Part shown: positions 17,900 to 27,373 of the stretch, in pieces
Numbering within the stretch: the stretch's first letter is position 1
How the letters are laid out: every line of letters begins with the position of its first letter
NCBI GenBank assembly: GCA_036400935.1
Contig: DASWWW010000001.1
Coordinates: forward strand, 46,096 to 110,095
Source of the DNA: Minisyncoccota bacterium
GTDB taxonomy: Bacteria > Patescibacteriota > Minisyncoccia > Phycocordibacterales > UBA6065
Length of the DNA stretch: 64,000 nt
Direction: 5' to 3'
Translations under genes and position numbers: made by a program
The notes under the pieces: generated by a model
What the model saw: the letters and a program-made list of their open reading frames with translations, nothing else
Databases searched by the model: none
What the model was told of the DNA's origin: nothing

Positions 17900-18925
17900 T
17901 TATTTCTGCTTCTCGAGGAATTCGAACACTGCCTGATTCACGAAGATGTGCTCGAAGTACGAGCGAGCCCTCTCGGGATCAACTCCCTTGTGGTGCTCGG
18001 TCGCGTGCTTCACTTCGTCGTCGACCTTCTTCTTGTCGGCGACGATCTTCTCCTCCTTGGCGATGAGTGCGAGAGCGAGGTCGAGCTTTACGCGCTTCAC
18101 CGCATCCGTCCTCCACTCCTTCTTGAGATCGTCAGACGACTTCTTGAGGTGCTTGAGGTAGTCGTCGAACTTGAGTCCCATGCGCTCGATGTCCGCCTTC
18201 ATCTGCTCGGTCATTCGTCCGAGCTCCGAGTCGATGAGGACTTCGGGGATGACGACGTCGATCTCCGAGGTGAGGGAGTCGACGAGGGCGAGTCGCTTCT
18301 TCTCGTTTGTCTTGTGCTCCTTCTCCTTGGTCATGTTGTCTTTCAGCTTTGCCTTGAAGTCGGCGACTGAATCGAACTCTCCGAGTCCCTTTACGAACTC
18401 GTCGTTGAGCTCGGGTGCTTTCTCGCTCTTGTTTGCTTTCGCGAAATTCACGAGTATGCTCTCGATCGTCTTGTTCAACTCTTCGTCGCTGATTTCAACC
18501 GTCTCAGACTTCTTCGCATTCTCCTTTGCCGCGATCTTCTTGTAATCGAGCTTCTTCAGTTCGGGAACGACTGCGGTCGTGATCGTGAACTCAAGAGGGT
18601 TGCCCTCGGCGATCTTGGTGATCTCAACCTTTGGGTGGCCGATAGCGTCGATCTTCTCCGCGTCGAGAATGTGTCCGTATGCGTGAGAGATAGCGTGCTC
18701 AGCCGCCTCGCGGATAATTGCCGCCATGCCGATCTTCTCCTTGATCATCTTTTCAGGAGCGGTTCCTTTGCGGAATCCCGGGATGGTTACCTCCTTCTGG
18801 ATGTCAGAAAGCGAGTCGGCGATAGCCGCGTCGAATTCCTTGGCGCTGATTTCGCTCTTGATCTCAACTTCCGATGTCTCGGGAAGCTTCTTTATCGATG
18901 CCTTATATGTGTGATGTGATGCCAT
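17900..18925 (-). CDS. tig: trigger factor, short form (N-terminal ribosome-binding domain plus C-terminal arm; PPIase domain apparently absent)
   Basis: TIPGFRKGTAPEKMIKEKIG matches the TF signature GFRxGxxP; synteny with clpP. Confidence 0.6.
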   Translation of the reverse strand: MASHHTYKASIKKLPETSEVEIKSEISAKEFDAAIADSLSDIQKEVTIPGFRKGTAPEKMIKEKIGMAAIIREAAEHAISHAYGHILDAEKIDAIGHPKVEITKIAEGNPLEFTITTAVVPELKKLDYKKIAAKENAKKSETVEISDEELNKTIESILVNFAKANKSEKAPELNDEFVKGLGEFDSVADFKAKLKDNMTKEKEHKTNEKKRLALVDSLTSEIDVVIPEVLIDSELGRMTEQMKADIERMGLKFDDYLKHLKKSSDDLKKEWRTDAVKRVKLDLALALIAKEEKIVADKKKVDDEVKHATEHHKGVDPERARSYFEHIFVNQAVFEFLEKQK

Positions 18926-18974
18926 ATGTGGATATATGATGTGGAAGCAGTCTAGCCGGAAAGGTGCGGTTTGT

Positions 18975-19736
18975 CTATTGTTTTGGGCCGGACTTGTTTT
19001 CTTCCGGAGTTGCTTTCCAAATTATCTGGAACCAGGTACGCATGCTGTCGGCTATTGCCTTGTTGGCAATGACTGTATAGGTTGCCTTCTCGTCTATCTC
19101 GCCTGGCCGAATACTCGAGAATATGATGATGCGATCCTCTAGTATCTCGATGGCGGAATTCGTTGAAAGGTCGGGGCCAAAGAACTTGTTTGACGACATG
19201 CTCAGAACTGACGGTATGGCATGCCGTGCTTCGTGGTCAAAAATGGCGAAAAAGCGGATTTTCTTTCGTTTGGCCTCGCGCTCGAACTGCTCATAAAAGG
19301 ATGAGATGCGCTTGTCTCCCCAGGCGCCCTTCGCGCCCAGCGTATATATGTCGCCGCCGACGCGCAGAAGCTCTCTCATGTAGTTTTTCCAGCCTTCTAT
19401 GCCGCGATAGACATATATTGAGTCGTCACGTCGGGCTCCCTGGTAAAGGGATTCCAAGGAAGGAATTATCTTTTCGAGCTTAGACTCTTTTTCTTTTACT
19501 ATCTCCATGAGCTTTCGGGGATCAACGGCTTGGTAGCGATTTTCGGCGCCTTGAAGTATTTCAAATGCCACGCCCTTCTCTACGAGGCGATTTACTGAAT
19601 CGTACACATTGCGTCGGTTGATTCCGGCACGCACTGCAATTTTGCTTACCGGAAGCTCCCCATCAATAAGAAGAGTTTCATATATTTTAGCCTCGTTTTT
19701 CGAAAAATTAAGCTCTGTAAGGGTTTCTACAATCAT
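18975..19736 (-). CDS. TrmB-like winged-helix transcriptional regulator
   Basis: HTH FSKNEAKIYETLLIDGELPVSKIAVRAGINRRNVYDSVNRLVEKGV. Confidence 0.55.
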   Translation of the reverse strand: MIVETLTELNFSKNEAKIYETLLIDGELPVSKIAVRAGINRRNVYDSVNRLVEKGVAFEILQGAENRYQAVDPRKLMEIVKEKESKLEKIIPSLESLYQGARRDDSIYVYRGIEGWKNYMRELLRVGGDIYTLGAKGAWGDKRISSFYEQFEREAKRKKIRFFAIFDHEARHAIPSVLSMSSNKFFGPDLSTNSAIEILEDRIIIFSSIRPGEIDEKATYTVIANKAIADSMRTWFQIIWKATPEENKSGPKQ

Positions 19737-19829
19737 ATATTTATGTGGTACATATTACCACCATATGGCCATATATGCCACTCAAACAGTAATATATAGC
19801 TTGAGTTGGTCGGGATAATCTTTTAATCC

Positions 19830-20894
19830 ATGAAATATAAGATTTTTATTGCTTGTATCACGCTTTTGGCGCTTATCTGCGGGGCAGCTGCTTTCAGCAC
19901 CAAAGATAGCGAAGCCATCTCTATCGGCGTCATATCACCGCTCACTGGAGATGTTGCGTACTGGGGCGAGTCCGCTCGCGCGGGCTGGAACCTTGCGGTA
20001 AAGGACCTGTCCTCAGAAGGTATCAAGGTAAACATTATCGCGGAGGATGGCGGCCTTGATCCTGCAAAAGCGCTTAGTGCCGCGCAAAAGCTCGTGAATA
20101 TCGACGGCGTCAAAGCGCTGTACGTTGAATTCAATCCCGCTTCGATTTCAGTGAGCTCGTTCCTGAAAGACAAGGAGGTTGTCGAGATATATGACGCGAC
20201 GCCCGTTTCTCCTCTTGCGTTGAGCGGTAATTTCTTCAAGACGTACCTTAATTATAAGGAAAGCTGCGCGACTGCCGCGGAAGTCCTGAAAGAGAGGGGT
20301 TTCGCAAGGATTGGCATGCTGAAAATGAACCTCGAGCACGGTGATTTGTGCGTGAAAGGTGTGGCTTCGGTGTTTGGCGATGGCGTAATGGTCGAGCCTT
20401 ACAACCAAGGCACGACCGATTTCAGGACGGCTCTCTCCAAGCTTGCGGCTGCCAAGGCCGAAGTCGTCTTTCATTCGTCGTTTCAGCCTGAAACTCTGAT
20501 ATCGCTCGAGCAGATGCGAACACTCGGCATGAAGCAGCAGTTTGTTGCGCTTTCCGAGACCTTTACTCCGGATGTTGCGTCCGATAAAAAGCGACTGATA
20601 GAGGGCGCGATTACCTTCGGCCTTCCGTCGGTATCGCCAGAGCTCGTCGCGCGAATGAGCGCTGGCGGCGCGATTGTCGACGAGAATGCTGCGGCCCTCG
20701 CTTACCTGCACGTCATGCAGCTCGGCAGGGCGCTCTACTCATGCGATTCAGATATCACGTGTGTTCGCGACAGGCTCGCTTCTTCGCCGGCATTTCCGGA
20801 AGCGGGCTTTCAGGGATTCTTTGCCCGCGTCGCGCGCTTCGATACGCTGCTGGGCGAGTGGAGCGACGGATCGTTCAAGGAAATAGTTCGGTAG
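19830..20894 (+). CDS. ABC transporter substrate-binding protein, periplasmic-binding-protein type I (Liv-like)
   Basis: Lipoprotein-like signal (LALICGAAAF), ISIGVISPLTGDVAYWGESARAGWNLAV, the typical LivK-family N-terminus. Confidence 0.65.
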   Translation: MKYKIFIACITLLALICGAAAFSTKDSEAISIGVISPLTGDVAYWGESARAGWNLAVKDLSSEGIKVNIIAEDGGLDPAKALSAAQKLVNIDGVKALYVEFNPASISVSSFLKDKEVVEIYDATPVSPLALSGNFFKTYLNYKESCATAAEVLKERGFARIGMLKMNLEHGDLCVKGVASVFGDGVMVEPYNQGTTDFRTALSKLAAAKAEVVFHSSFQPETLISLEQMRTLGMKQQFVALSETFTPDVASDKKRLIEGAITFGLPSVSPELVARMSAGGAIVDENAAALAYLHVMQLGRALYSCDSDITCVRDRLASSPAFPEAGFQGFFARVARFDTLLGEWSDGSFKEIVR

Positions 20895-20895
20895 C

Positions 20896-20932
20896 GAAAA
20901 GGCGCTGGAACCGAAGGTTCCAGCGCCTTTTC
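20896..20932. terminator. bidirectional terminator gaaaaggcgctggaaccgaaggttccagcgccttttc
   Basis: 13-bp perfect stem between convergent genes. Confidence 0.5.
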
Positions 20933-20948
20933 AATCTTGCTTTGAATA

Positions 20949-21533
20949 CTATGCAAGCTTTGGAAGGTAGTCCTTGTTGTATCGCTCGATGCTTTCCTTG
21001 ACGATCTTTACGCCTTCCTCCGGACCCATGAAGTGCTCTACGATGCCGGTTCCTGGCTTCTTGAGCGCCTTGTAGTTCTCCCAGTAGTACTTGGTCTCGG
21101 TCTCGAAGTACGCGCCGAGGTCCTTGAAGGTCTTGATATGCTCTACGCGCTTGTCGCTTGCCAATACCGCGATGATCTTGTCGTCGATCTCGCCTCCGTC
21201 GATGAACTTCATCGCGCCGATAATGCGGGCCTCTACGAGGGATCCTGGAACGAGGGGCTCGGTGATGCCGACGATCTCGACGTCGAGAGGGTCGTTATCG
21301 AGGTCCCAGGTGGTAGGGATCGCTCCGTAGGTGAATGGGTAGGCGAGCGAAGAGTAGCCGACACGATCGAGCTTGAGCTGGCCTGATTCGGTAATGATCT
21401 CGTACTTGTTGATCGAGCCTGAGGATACTTCGACGATAACGTTGATGATGCCTTTCGACTCGTCAGCGAACGCTGGGAGGGCATGGATCAGGTTGTACAT
21501 GAACTTCGAAGGCTTCTGGTTGATGTTTGCCAT
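20949..21533 (-). CDS. ppa: inorganic pyrophosphatase (family I)
   Basis: NVIVEVSSGSINKYEI...DPLDVEIVGI...ARIIGAMKFIDGGEIDDKIIAV. Confidence 0.85.
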   Translation of the reverse strand: MANINQKPSKFMYNLIHALPAFADESKGIINVIVEVSSGSINKYEIITESGQLKLDRVGYSSLAYPFTYGAIPTTWDLDNDPLDVEIVGITEPLVPGSLVEARIIGAMKFIDGGEIDDKIIAVLASDKRVEHIKTFKDLGAYFETETKYYWENYKALKKPGTGIVEHFMGPEEGVKIVKESIERYNKDYLPKLA

Positions 21534-21558
21534 GGTGAGGTGCTTATTGAATAAGGGA

Positions 21559-22707
21559 CTATTCGGTCGCTGCTGACTCGTCTGCAGCAGGAGCCGCAGA
21601 TGAAGCGACTGGTCGGATATCGATCTTCCAGCCGGTGAGCTTTGCGGCGAGGCGCACGTTCTGGCCGCCCTTTCCGATAGCGAGAGACTGCTCAGAATCC
21701 TTTACCTCGACAGTGGCTGTCTTTGCTGTCTCGTCGAGAGTAATGTTGGTAGGCTTTGCTGGCGAGAGCGCATCAGTGATGAACTTCTTAGGATCTGCTG
21801 ACCACTCGATGATGTCGATTTTCTCGCCGCCGAGCTCCGACGTAACGGTCGTTACGCGAACGCCGCGCTGGCCGACGAGCGAGCCGATAGGGTCGATGTG
21901 CGAGTCGTTGGAAGTCACTGCGATCTTTGATCGCGAGCCTGCCTCTCGGGCTACGGCCTTTACTTCTACGGTCTTGTTGGCGATCTCAGGAGCCTCGATC
22001 TCGAAGAGCTTCGTGAGGAACTGAGGATGCGATCGCGAGAGCTTGAGGAATACGCCTCGAGGAGACTCCTCAACGCGGAAGAGGTATGCGCGGATTCGCT
22101 CGCCCTGCTTGAAGTGCTCGCTCCTGATCTGCTCCTCGAAAGGAAGCACGCCGGTGGCGCGGCCCATGTCGATGAAGATAGTGCCTCGCTCGATGCGCTG
22201 CACGGTGCCCGATACGATGTCGCCCTCTCGCTTGCCGTACTCGCCGAGGACAGAGACCTTCTCGGCCTCGCGGATCTTCTGGATGATGACCTGCTTCGCT
22301 GTCTGGGCGGCGATGCGGCCGAAGTCGTCCTTAGACTCGAGCGAGAAAAGGAGCTCCTCGTCGAGCGCTGCGCTCTTCTTGATCATGCGCGCCTCGTCGA
22401 GCCAGATGTGATGCTCTGGGTTGTATCGCACTCGCTCATCCTCCGGCGGAAGCTCGGGCATCTCCTCCTCTTCAGGGATGTCGATGACCTTCGAGTCGTC
22501 GACGACCGTCTTTACCTGGAAGAATTCGGTCGCGCCGGTGTCCACGTTGAAAGTGGCTCGGACGATCTGTCCGCGCTTGCCGTACTCTTTCTTGTAGGCG
22601 GTAGCGAGGGCCATCTCAATGGCCTCGATTATCTTCTCCTTCGGAATGCCTCGCTCTTCTTCGAGCTGGCCGAGTACCGAATGGATAACTTTAAGGTCGA
22701 ACATCAT
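21559..22707 (-). CDS. nusA: transcription termination/antitermination factor NusA
   Basis: NusA N-terminal domain, S1 (GDIVSGTVQRIERGTIFIDMG), two KH domains (IGSLVGQRGVRV...IGKGGQNVRLAAKLTGW). Confidence 0.85.
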   Translation of the reverse strand: MMFDLKVIHSVLGQLEEERGIPKEKIIEAIEMALATAYKKEYGKRGQIVRATFNVDTGATEFFQVKTVVDDSKVIDIPEEEEMPELPPEDERVRYNPEHHIWLDEARMIKKSAALDEELLFSLESKDDFGRIAAQTAKQVIIQKIREAEKVSVLGEYGKREGDIVSGTVQRIERGTIFIDMGRATGVLPFEEQIRSEHFKQGERIRAYLFRVEESPRGVFLKLSRSHPQFLTKLFEIEAPEIANKTVEVKAVAREAGSRSKIAVTSNDSHIDPIGSLVGQRGVRVTTVTSELGGEKIDIIEWSADPKKFITDALSPAKPTNITLDETAKTATVEVKDSEQSLAIGKGGQNVRLAAKLTGWKIDIRPVASSAAPAADESAATE

Positions 22708-22951
22708 AATAATTGTGTGTATTTGGGCTATTAAACAAGAAAGTCCGCCCGGAGGGCGAACTTACATGCATATATCATATATTTTCCACACATAAATGTC
22801 AAATAGCCCTAGTTTTCATTTCTCCCGGCACGCATAAAGGCCTGGTGGCCTTTTGCTCCGCTCAGCCCGTCGGCTTGTGCGAGGCCGTTTGAAATGAAAA
22901 CCAGGGCTACTCGGCAACTTACGTGTAAATATATACTGATATAATAAAGGT

Positions 22952-23170
22952 ATGAAAAAAATATTAATTTTGCTTGCGGTGATAGCTGTGGTGGCGTTTT
23001 TCTGGCCTAAGGAGTTTACTTCGTCGCCTGGATTCGTATCTCAGGAGACATATCAGCAGTTTGAGGCTACAAAGGCCGAGTGTTACGGGTTCGAGCGCCT
23101 TACCAATGCCGAGGCTATGGCGGCTGATGCCCCTGGCATCAGCCAGTGCTTTGGCTGGCTCGCCCGATAG
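22952..23170 (+). CDS. small membrane-anchored protein (72 aa)
   Basis: N-terminal TM MKKILILLAVIAVVAFFW; two Cys. Confidence 0.35.
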   Translation: MKKILILLAVIAVVAFFWPKEFTSSPGFVSQETYQQFEATKAECYGFERLTNAEAMAADAPGISQCFGWLAR

Positions 23171-23179
23171 GATATAGTA

Positions 23180-23680
23180 GTGCGCATGGACGCGAATATT
23201 CCATCAATTCACCCTCATCCTTGGCTCGAAGAAGACGTTGCGGCGCTTGAGGCCACGAAGAACTTCGCTGAGATAGGCGAAATCGTCAAAAATGTGGCCC
23301 TCAGGCTACCTCATAAGGTCGCTATGATTTCTGGACCGATGACTTCGGGAGGAAAAGGCTCGAATGCCGAGAATCTGGCCGCATATCAGAGGGCTATGGA
23401 GTATGTTCGGTCGCGAGGCCATTTCGTATTCGATCAGTTGCCGGGCGAAAGGGCCTTGAAAAAGCATTGGCATGCATGGAATGCCGCGCAGACAGTGCAG
23501 CCGCCCGGATATTGCTGGGAGCTTTTGCCGGGAGTATACGGGCCGATCTTCGAATCGGGGCAGATAAAGACGATATTCTTTATGCCAGATTGGAAAAGCT
23601 CGAAGGGCTCTGCCTGGGAGCATGAAATGGCGGAGAAGCTAGGCATTGAGAGGGTATATATCCCGCTTAATTGGGAATAG
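23180..23680 (+). CDS. hypothetical protein, possibly DUF4406 / nucleoside 2-deoxyribosyltransferase-like
   Basis: MISGPMTSGGKGSNAENLAAYQRAMEYVRSRGHFVFD resembles the DUF4406 N-terminus; weak. Confidence 0.35.
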   Translation: MRMDANIPSIHPHPWLEEDVAALEATKNFAEIGEIVKNVALRLPHKVAMISGPMTSGGKGSNAENLAAYQRAMEYVRSRGHFVFDQLPGERALKKHWHAWNAAQTVQPPGYCWELLPGVYGPIFESGQIKTIFFMPDWKSSKGSAWEHEMAEKLGIERVYIPLNWE

Positions 23681-23753
23681 CATCACTTGTAGAAGCATAG
23701 AAGAAAGCCGCGATCCAATGGTCGCGGCTTTCTTCTATTGATATACTAAATGC

Positions 23754-25955
23754 ATGAAAATGCACTTATTAAAAGCCGGATTCTTATCAGTCGTTTTATT
23801 GGCGGCGGTCGTTGGCGCGAGCAAGGCTGAGGCGCAGGTCTCTTGCCCTGCGGGAAGCCAGTGCGCGTGGATCAGCACGACGGATGTGACGCGCTTTGGC
23901 GTCCGCGCGTCTGCATCGGCGCAAGGTTTTTATAACGATCAGACGACCAAGGACAAGCTCTGCCAGCTCTCGGGCTACGAATCGAATCCTGGTACCGATT
24001 GGTCGGTCAGGCAGCTAAAGTGGAGCAAGTGCAACGCCGAATACCATGTCGATTGGCGCAACGGGGGATGGGATTCCCATAAGTGCGGAGGAGATTCATA
24101 CGTGAGCGAGGTGTACTGCGTCCGATCGGTGCCGGCCGCAGCGGAGCCTGTCGTCACCATCTCGGCGAGCCCTATGGCGGTCCGGCCTTTCAATAAGACT
24201 ACTCTCACGTGGAGCTCTCAGAATACGACATCGTGTACTGCCTCTGGCGATTGGAGCGGATCAAAGTCGACATCAGGCAGCGAGGAGTCGGGCACGCATA
24301 TTATCGGCGGCAAGACGTTCGTTCTTACCTGTACCGGTCCTGGCGGAACTGCGAGCGGGCAGGTAAATACCTCTCTCTATATATTGGCGAGCGCTCCTAC
24401 CGTAGCGTGGGTTTCCAATCCGGCAAGCAGCCCATCGGGTATTGCGTATGTTGTATCGGCAATCGGCACGGATTCTGATAAGGATCTCGATTCCATTATT
24501 ATCAAGAAGTCCGGAGTGACTTTTGCGACAGGCGGCGCCGGAGATGGGGAGCATTCGCTCGCCTCGGCGCAGTCTACCGATACCGGCCCGGCAACTATTA
24601 CCTATACCGCGATCGCCACTGATGCTACCGGCAGGACCTCTCCGGAAATCAGCCACACGGTCACTATCAATACGCCGTCTGTCACCGCTGTCACGCCTCT
24701 CGATGACGGGACGACTCCGCGAACGGGTCCAGCGCCCACGCTGAGCCCTATTGTCGCCACGGTTTCAGCGAGCCCGACCTGCGTCGCGCCGGGCGGAACT
24801 ATTTCGGTGAGCGGATCGGCAAGCGGAGGCGTTCTCAACGGAAACCCTACGATCACCTCGAACGTTTTGGAGAAGGATTCGAACAAGGACGGCGCATATG
24901 GAGCGATCGCGTCGCGTTCGGATGCAGGATCCAATTCGGCGACGGTAAGCGTGCCGTTTTCGGAGACAAGCAACCGCTATGATTTCAGGACGGTGGTTAA
25001 CGGCTCTGTATATAGCGCCGTTCAGAGCGTGACGGTCGATTCGGCCTGCGGCGCCCCTACGGGAATCTGCGCCCTCATTCCCGCATTGTGCGGGCAGCCG
25101 ACTGTTCCGGCTCAGCCGATTTCTCCGAGCGTATCGCTGTCGGTCGGCTCGACCTGCGTTCAGCCGGGATCGAGTGTGACGTTCCGCAGCACTGCAGGAG
25201 GGACCATCACTTCGCACGGCATCGAGAAGGATTCCAATCAGGATGGGGTGTATGGAGGCATGACGGGATTCGCGCCGGGCGCGGGAACACAGACGTACTC
25301 GTCGTCGTTCGGCGAAGGGCTCTATGACTTCAAATCGGTCGTAAACGGAAATATCTATTCGGCGCCTGTCCGAGTCAGCGTATCGCCGGCGTGCGCGCCG
25401 ACGGTCTTTAATCCAGGCATTCCTGGGGGCGGCACGGGCGGAACGGGAGGCGGCGGTTCGATGCTTCCTACATGTACTGGAGGCAAGATCTTGAGCGGCT
25501 CAACGTGCGTCTGCCCATCATCGACTGTTGATGCGGGATCGTTCTGCGCGACGCCGTCATTCACTCTCACGGCTAATCCGAGCACGGTAAAGGTCCGATC
25601 GATCGCCGGATACTCAGGCGTGACGGAGGAGGCGATCAATCTGTCGGTGAACCCATCGTTCTTCACTGCTCCTGTAACGATCGAGGTGGTCTCGGTTTCC
25701 GCCGGTCTTCAGCCGGAATTCTCATTCAATAACGGTGCGTTCGGCTCCTCGCTCATGTCGCCGTTTACCCTCAATAGCGGAGGATTGCAGTACTTACCGG
25801 TAAAGATCCGCTTTGCGGGCAAGCTCTCGAGCTCCGAGAATTACTCCATAACGTTCAGGGCTACCGGTGTGGATAGCAGGGTGGGCGCGATAGTGCAGAC
25901 TGCCACGGTCAATCTCGATTCGAAGCCGCTGTTTCCTGGATATATAGAGATATAG
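23754..25955 (+). CDS. large secreted Ser/Thr/Gly-rich surface protein with internal ~100-aa domain repeats
   Basis: Signal peptide; two homologous blocks (…CVAPGGTISVSGSASGG…YDFRTVVNGSVYSAVQSVTVDSACGAP / …CVQPGSSVTFRSTAGG…YDFKSVVNGNIYSAPVRVSVSPACAP); poly-Gly/Thr linker GGGTGGTGGGGS. Confidence 0.6.
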   Translation: MKMHLLKAGFLSVVLLAAVVGASKAEAQVSCPAGSQCAWISTTDVTRFGVRASASAQGFYNDQTTKDKLCQLSGYESNPGTDWSVRQLKWSKCNAEYHVDWRNGGWDSHKCGGDSYVSEVYCVRSVPAAAEPVVTISASPMAVRPFNKTTLTWSSQNTTSCTASGDWSGSKSTSGSEESGTHIIGGKTFVLTCTGPGGTASGQVNTSLYILASAPTVAWVSNPASSPSGIAYVVSAIGTDSDKDLDSIIIKKSGVTFATGGAGDGEHSLASAQSTDTGPATITYTAIATDATGRTSPEISHTVTINTPSVTAVTPLDDGTTPRTGPAPTLSPIVATVSASPTCVAPGGTISVSGSASGGVLNGNPTITSNVLEKDSNKDGAYGAIASRSDAGSNSATVSVPFSETSNRYDFRTVVNGSVYSAVQSVTVDSACGAPTGICALIPALCGQPTVPAQPISPSVSLSVGSTCVQPGSSVTFRSTAGGTITSHGIEKDSNQDGVYGGMTGFAPGAGTQTYSSSFGEGLYDFKSVVNGNIYSAPVRVSVSPACAPTVFNPGIPGGGTGGTGGGGSMLPTCTGGKILSGSTCVCPSSTVDAGSFCATPSFTLTANPSTVKVRSIAGYSGVTEEAINLSVNPSFFTAPVTIEVVSVSAGLQPEFSFNNGAFGSSLMSPFTLNSGGLQYLPVKIRFAGKLSSSENYSITFRATGVDSRVGAIVQTATVNLDSKPLFPGYIEI

Positions 25956-26026
25956 AAAATATAGGGAAGGTCCGGTGAGAAAAATGCCCGGCGCGCTTCG
26001 CGCGCCGGGCATTTTGCATCCTCGAT

Positions 26027-27019
26027 ATGAGTGATATGATATTGAGGATGAAATCTCTCTTTTTAAAGCTTGCTTTTATTTTCGCTCTCTCGATCTTGCC
26101 GTCGTTCGTCTCTGCTGACGGCGCTCAGAATGTCTCCGGTTTCGCTTGGTCTTCCAATATCGGCTGGATCAGCTTCAACTGCACTAATACAAGCACCTGC
26201 GGAACCGCCAACTACGGCGTTCACATGAATGCGTATGGCTGGCTTTCCGGAAACGAGGCTTCTTCCACTCCTGGATACGCCTGGTCCTCGAATATCGGCT
26301 GGATTCAGTTCGGTGGACTCTCGGGATTCCCAACGGGCAACGGAACATATGCGCAGAACGCTCAGGTCGTTTCAGGAAGCCTGCGCGGATGGGCCCGTGC
26401 CCTCTCGTATGGAGGTGGCTGGGATGGCTGGATCTCGCTTTCGGGAACCTCTCCTAATTACGGGGTGACGCTTTCAGGAAATGATTTCATGGGATATGCC
26501 TGGGGCTCCGATGTCGTAGGCTGGATGACGTTCAATCCCTCTACTGGAAACGGCGTCGTCACGAACGGGGTAGTGGATCCTGCCGCGTTTTCCCTTGGCC
26601 TCGATGAAAGCATCCGCGTAAAGCTTTTGCCTAACGGAACTTCAGAAACCGAGCAGAAAAATGTCACTCTGGGCTTTAATGGCGCCTTCGAAACGGCGGG
26701 AAACCCAGTAACCATAAGCATTCAGAGCTATCCGACCGTAGCAAGCACTACCTTCAGCTACTCGTTCGACGGCGGCCAGAATTACTACACGGCGCCGTCC
26801 GGCTCGCTCACAAAGACGATCCCAAAGGGTTCAAGCCCGTACTATACCGAGAATGTTGCCCTCAGGATTCGCATTAACCGCCTCGCTGGCGCTCCTTCGC
26901 TGACCTCTCCGATGGTCCAGGTGGTGCTCCGCGGCGTCGATTCTGTCGGGGGCACTTCTGACGAGAAGACCTTTACCATAATGCCCGTCACGTTCGATCC
27001 TCGATACGGGGAATTCTAA
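26027..27019 (+). CDS. secreted protein with tandem GYAWSSNIGWI(S/Q)F repeats
   Basis: Signal peptide; at least 4 repeats of aromatic S-N-I-G-W motif. Confidence 0.55.
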   Translation: MSDMILRMKSLFLKLAFIFALSILPSFVSADGAQNVSGFAWSSNIGWISFNCTNTSTCGTANYGVHMNAYGWLSGNEASSTPGYAWSSNIGWIQFGGLSGFPTGNGTYAQNAQVVSGSLRGWARALSYGGGWDGWISLSGTSPNYGVTLSGNDFMGYAWGSDVVGWMTFNPSTGNGVVTNGVVDPAAFSLGLDESIRVKLLPNGTSETEQKNVTLGFNGAFETAGNPVTISIQSYPTVASTTFSYSFDGGQNYYTAPSGSLTKTIPKGSSPYYTENVALRIRINRLAGAPSLTSPMVQVVLRGVDSVGGTSDEKTFTIMPVTFDPRYGEF

Positions 27020-27025
27020 TATCGT

Positions 27026-27319
27026 ATGAAAAAGATACTTATTATCGTAGCAATCATTATTCTCGCCGGAGCAGGCTTTTGGGCATACAAGCTCTGGAAC
27101 GCTCCAGCGCCAGCTCCCGTAGACTTCAAGCCTCTCACTCCTGAGCAAAAGGCGGCCCTTTTTGACGAGCTCGTAGAATCCTCATCCGAGCCGGCGCCGG
27201 CGGTTGAGGTCATTCACCAGTCATTCACCGAGCTCGAGGCGACTTCGGCGTCCTCGACGGTCACTGACAAGCAGAAGGCCGACATGTTCAAGGTGCTGGA
27301 GGAGTCGAGCGTCCGTTAG
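27026..27319 (+). CDS. small membrane-anchored acidic protein (97 aa)
   Basis: N-terminal TM MKKILIIVAIIILAGAGFWAY. Confidence 0.4.
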   Translation: MKKILIIVAIIILAGAGFWAYKLWNAPAPAPVDFKPLTPEQKAALFDELVESSSEPAPAVEVIHQSFTELEATSASSTVTDKQKADMFKVLEESSVR

Positions 27320-27373
27320 GCTTGTTCGGGCAAGTGTTGGTATACTAAAGGCAACATTATTCATCGAAACCAA

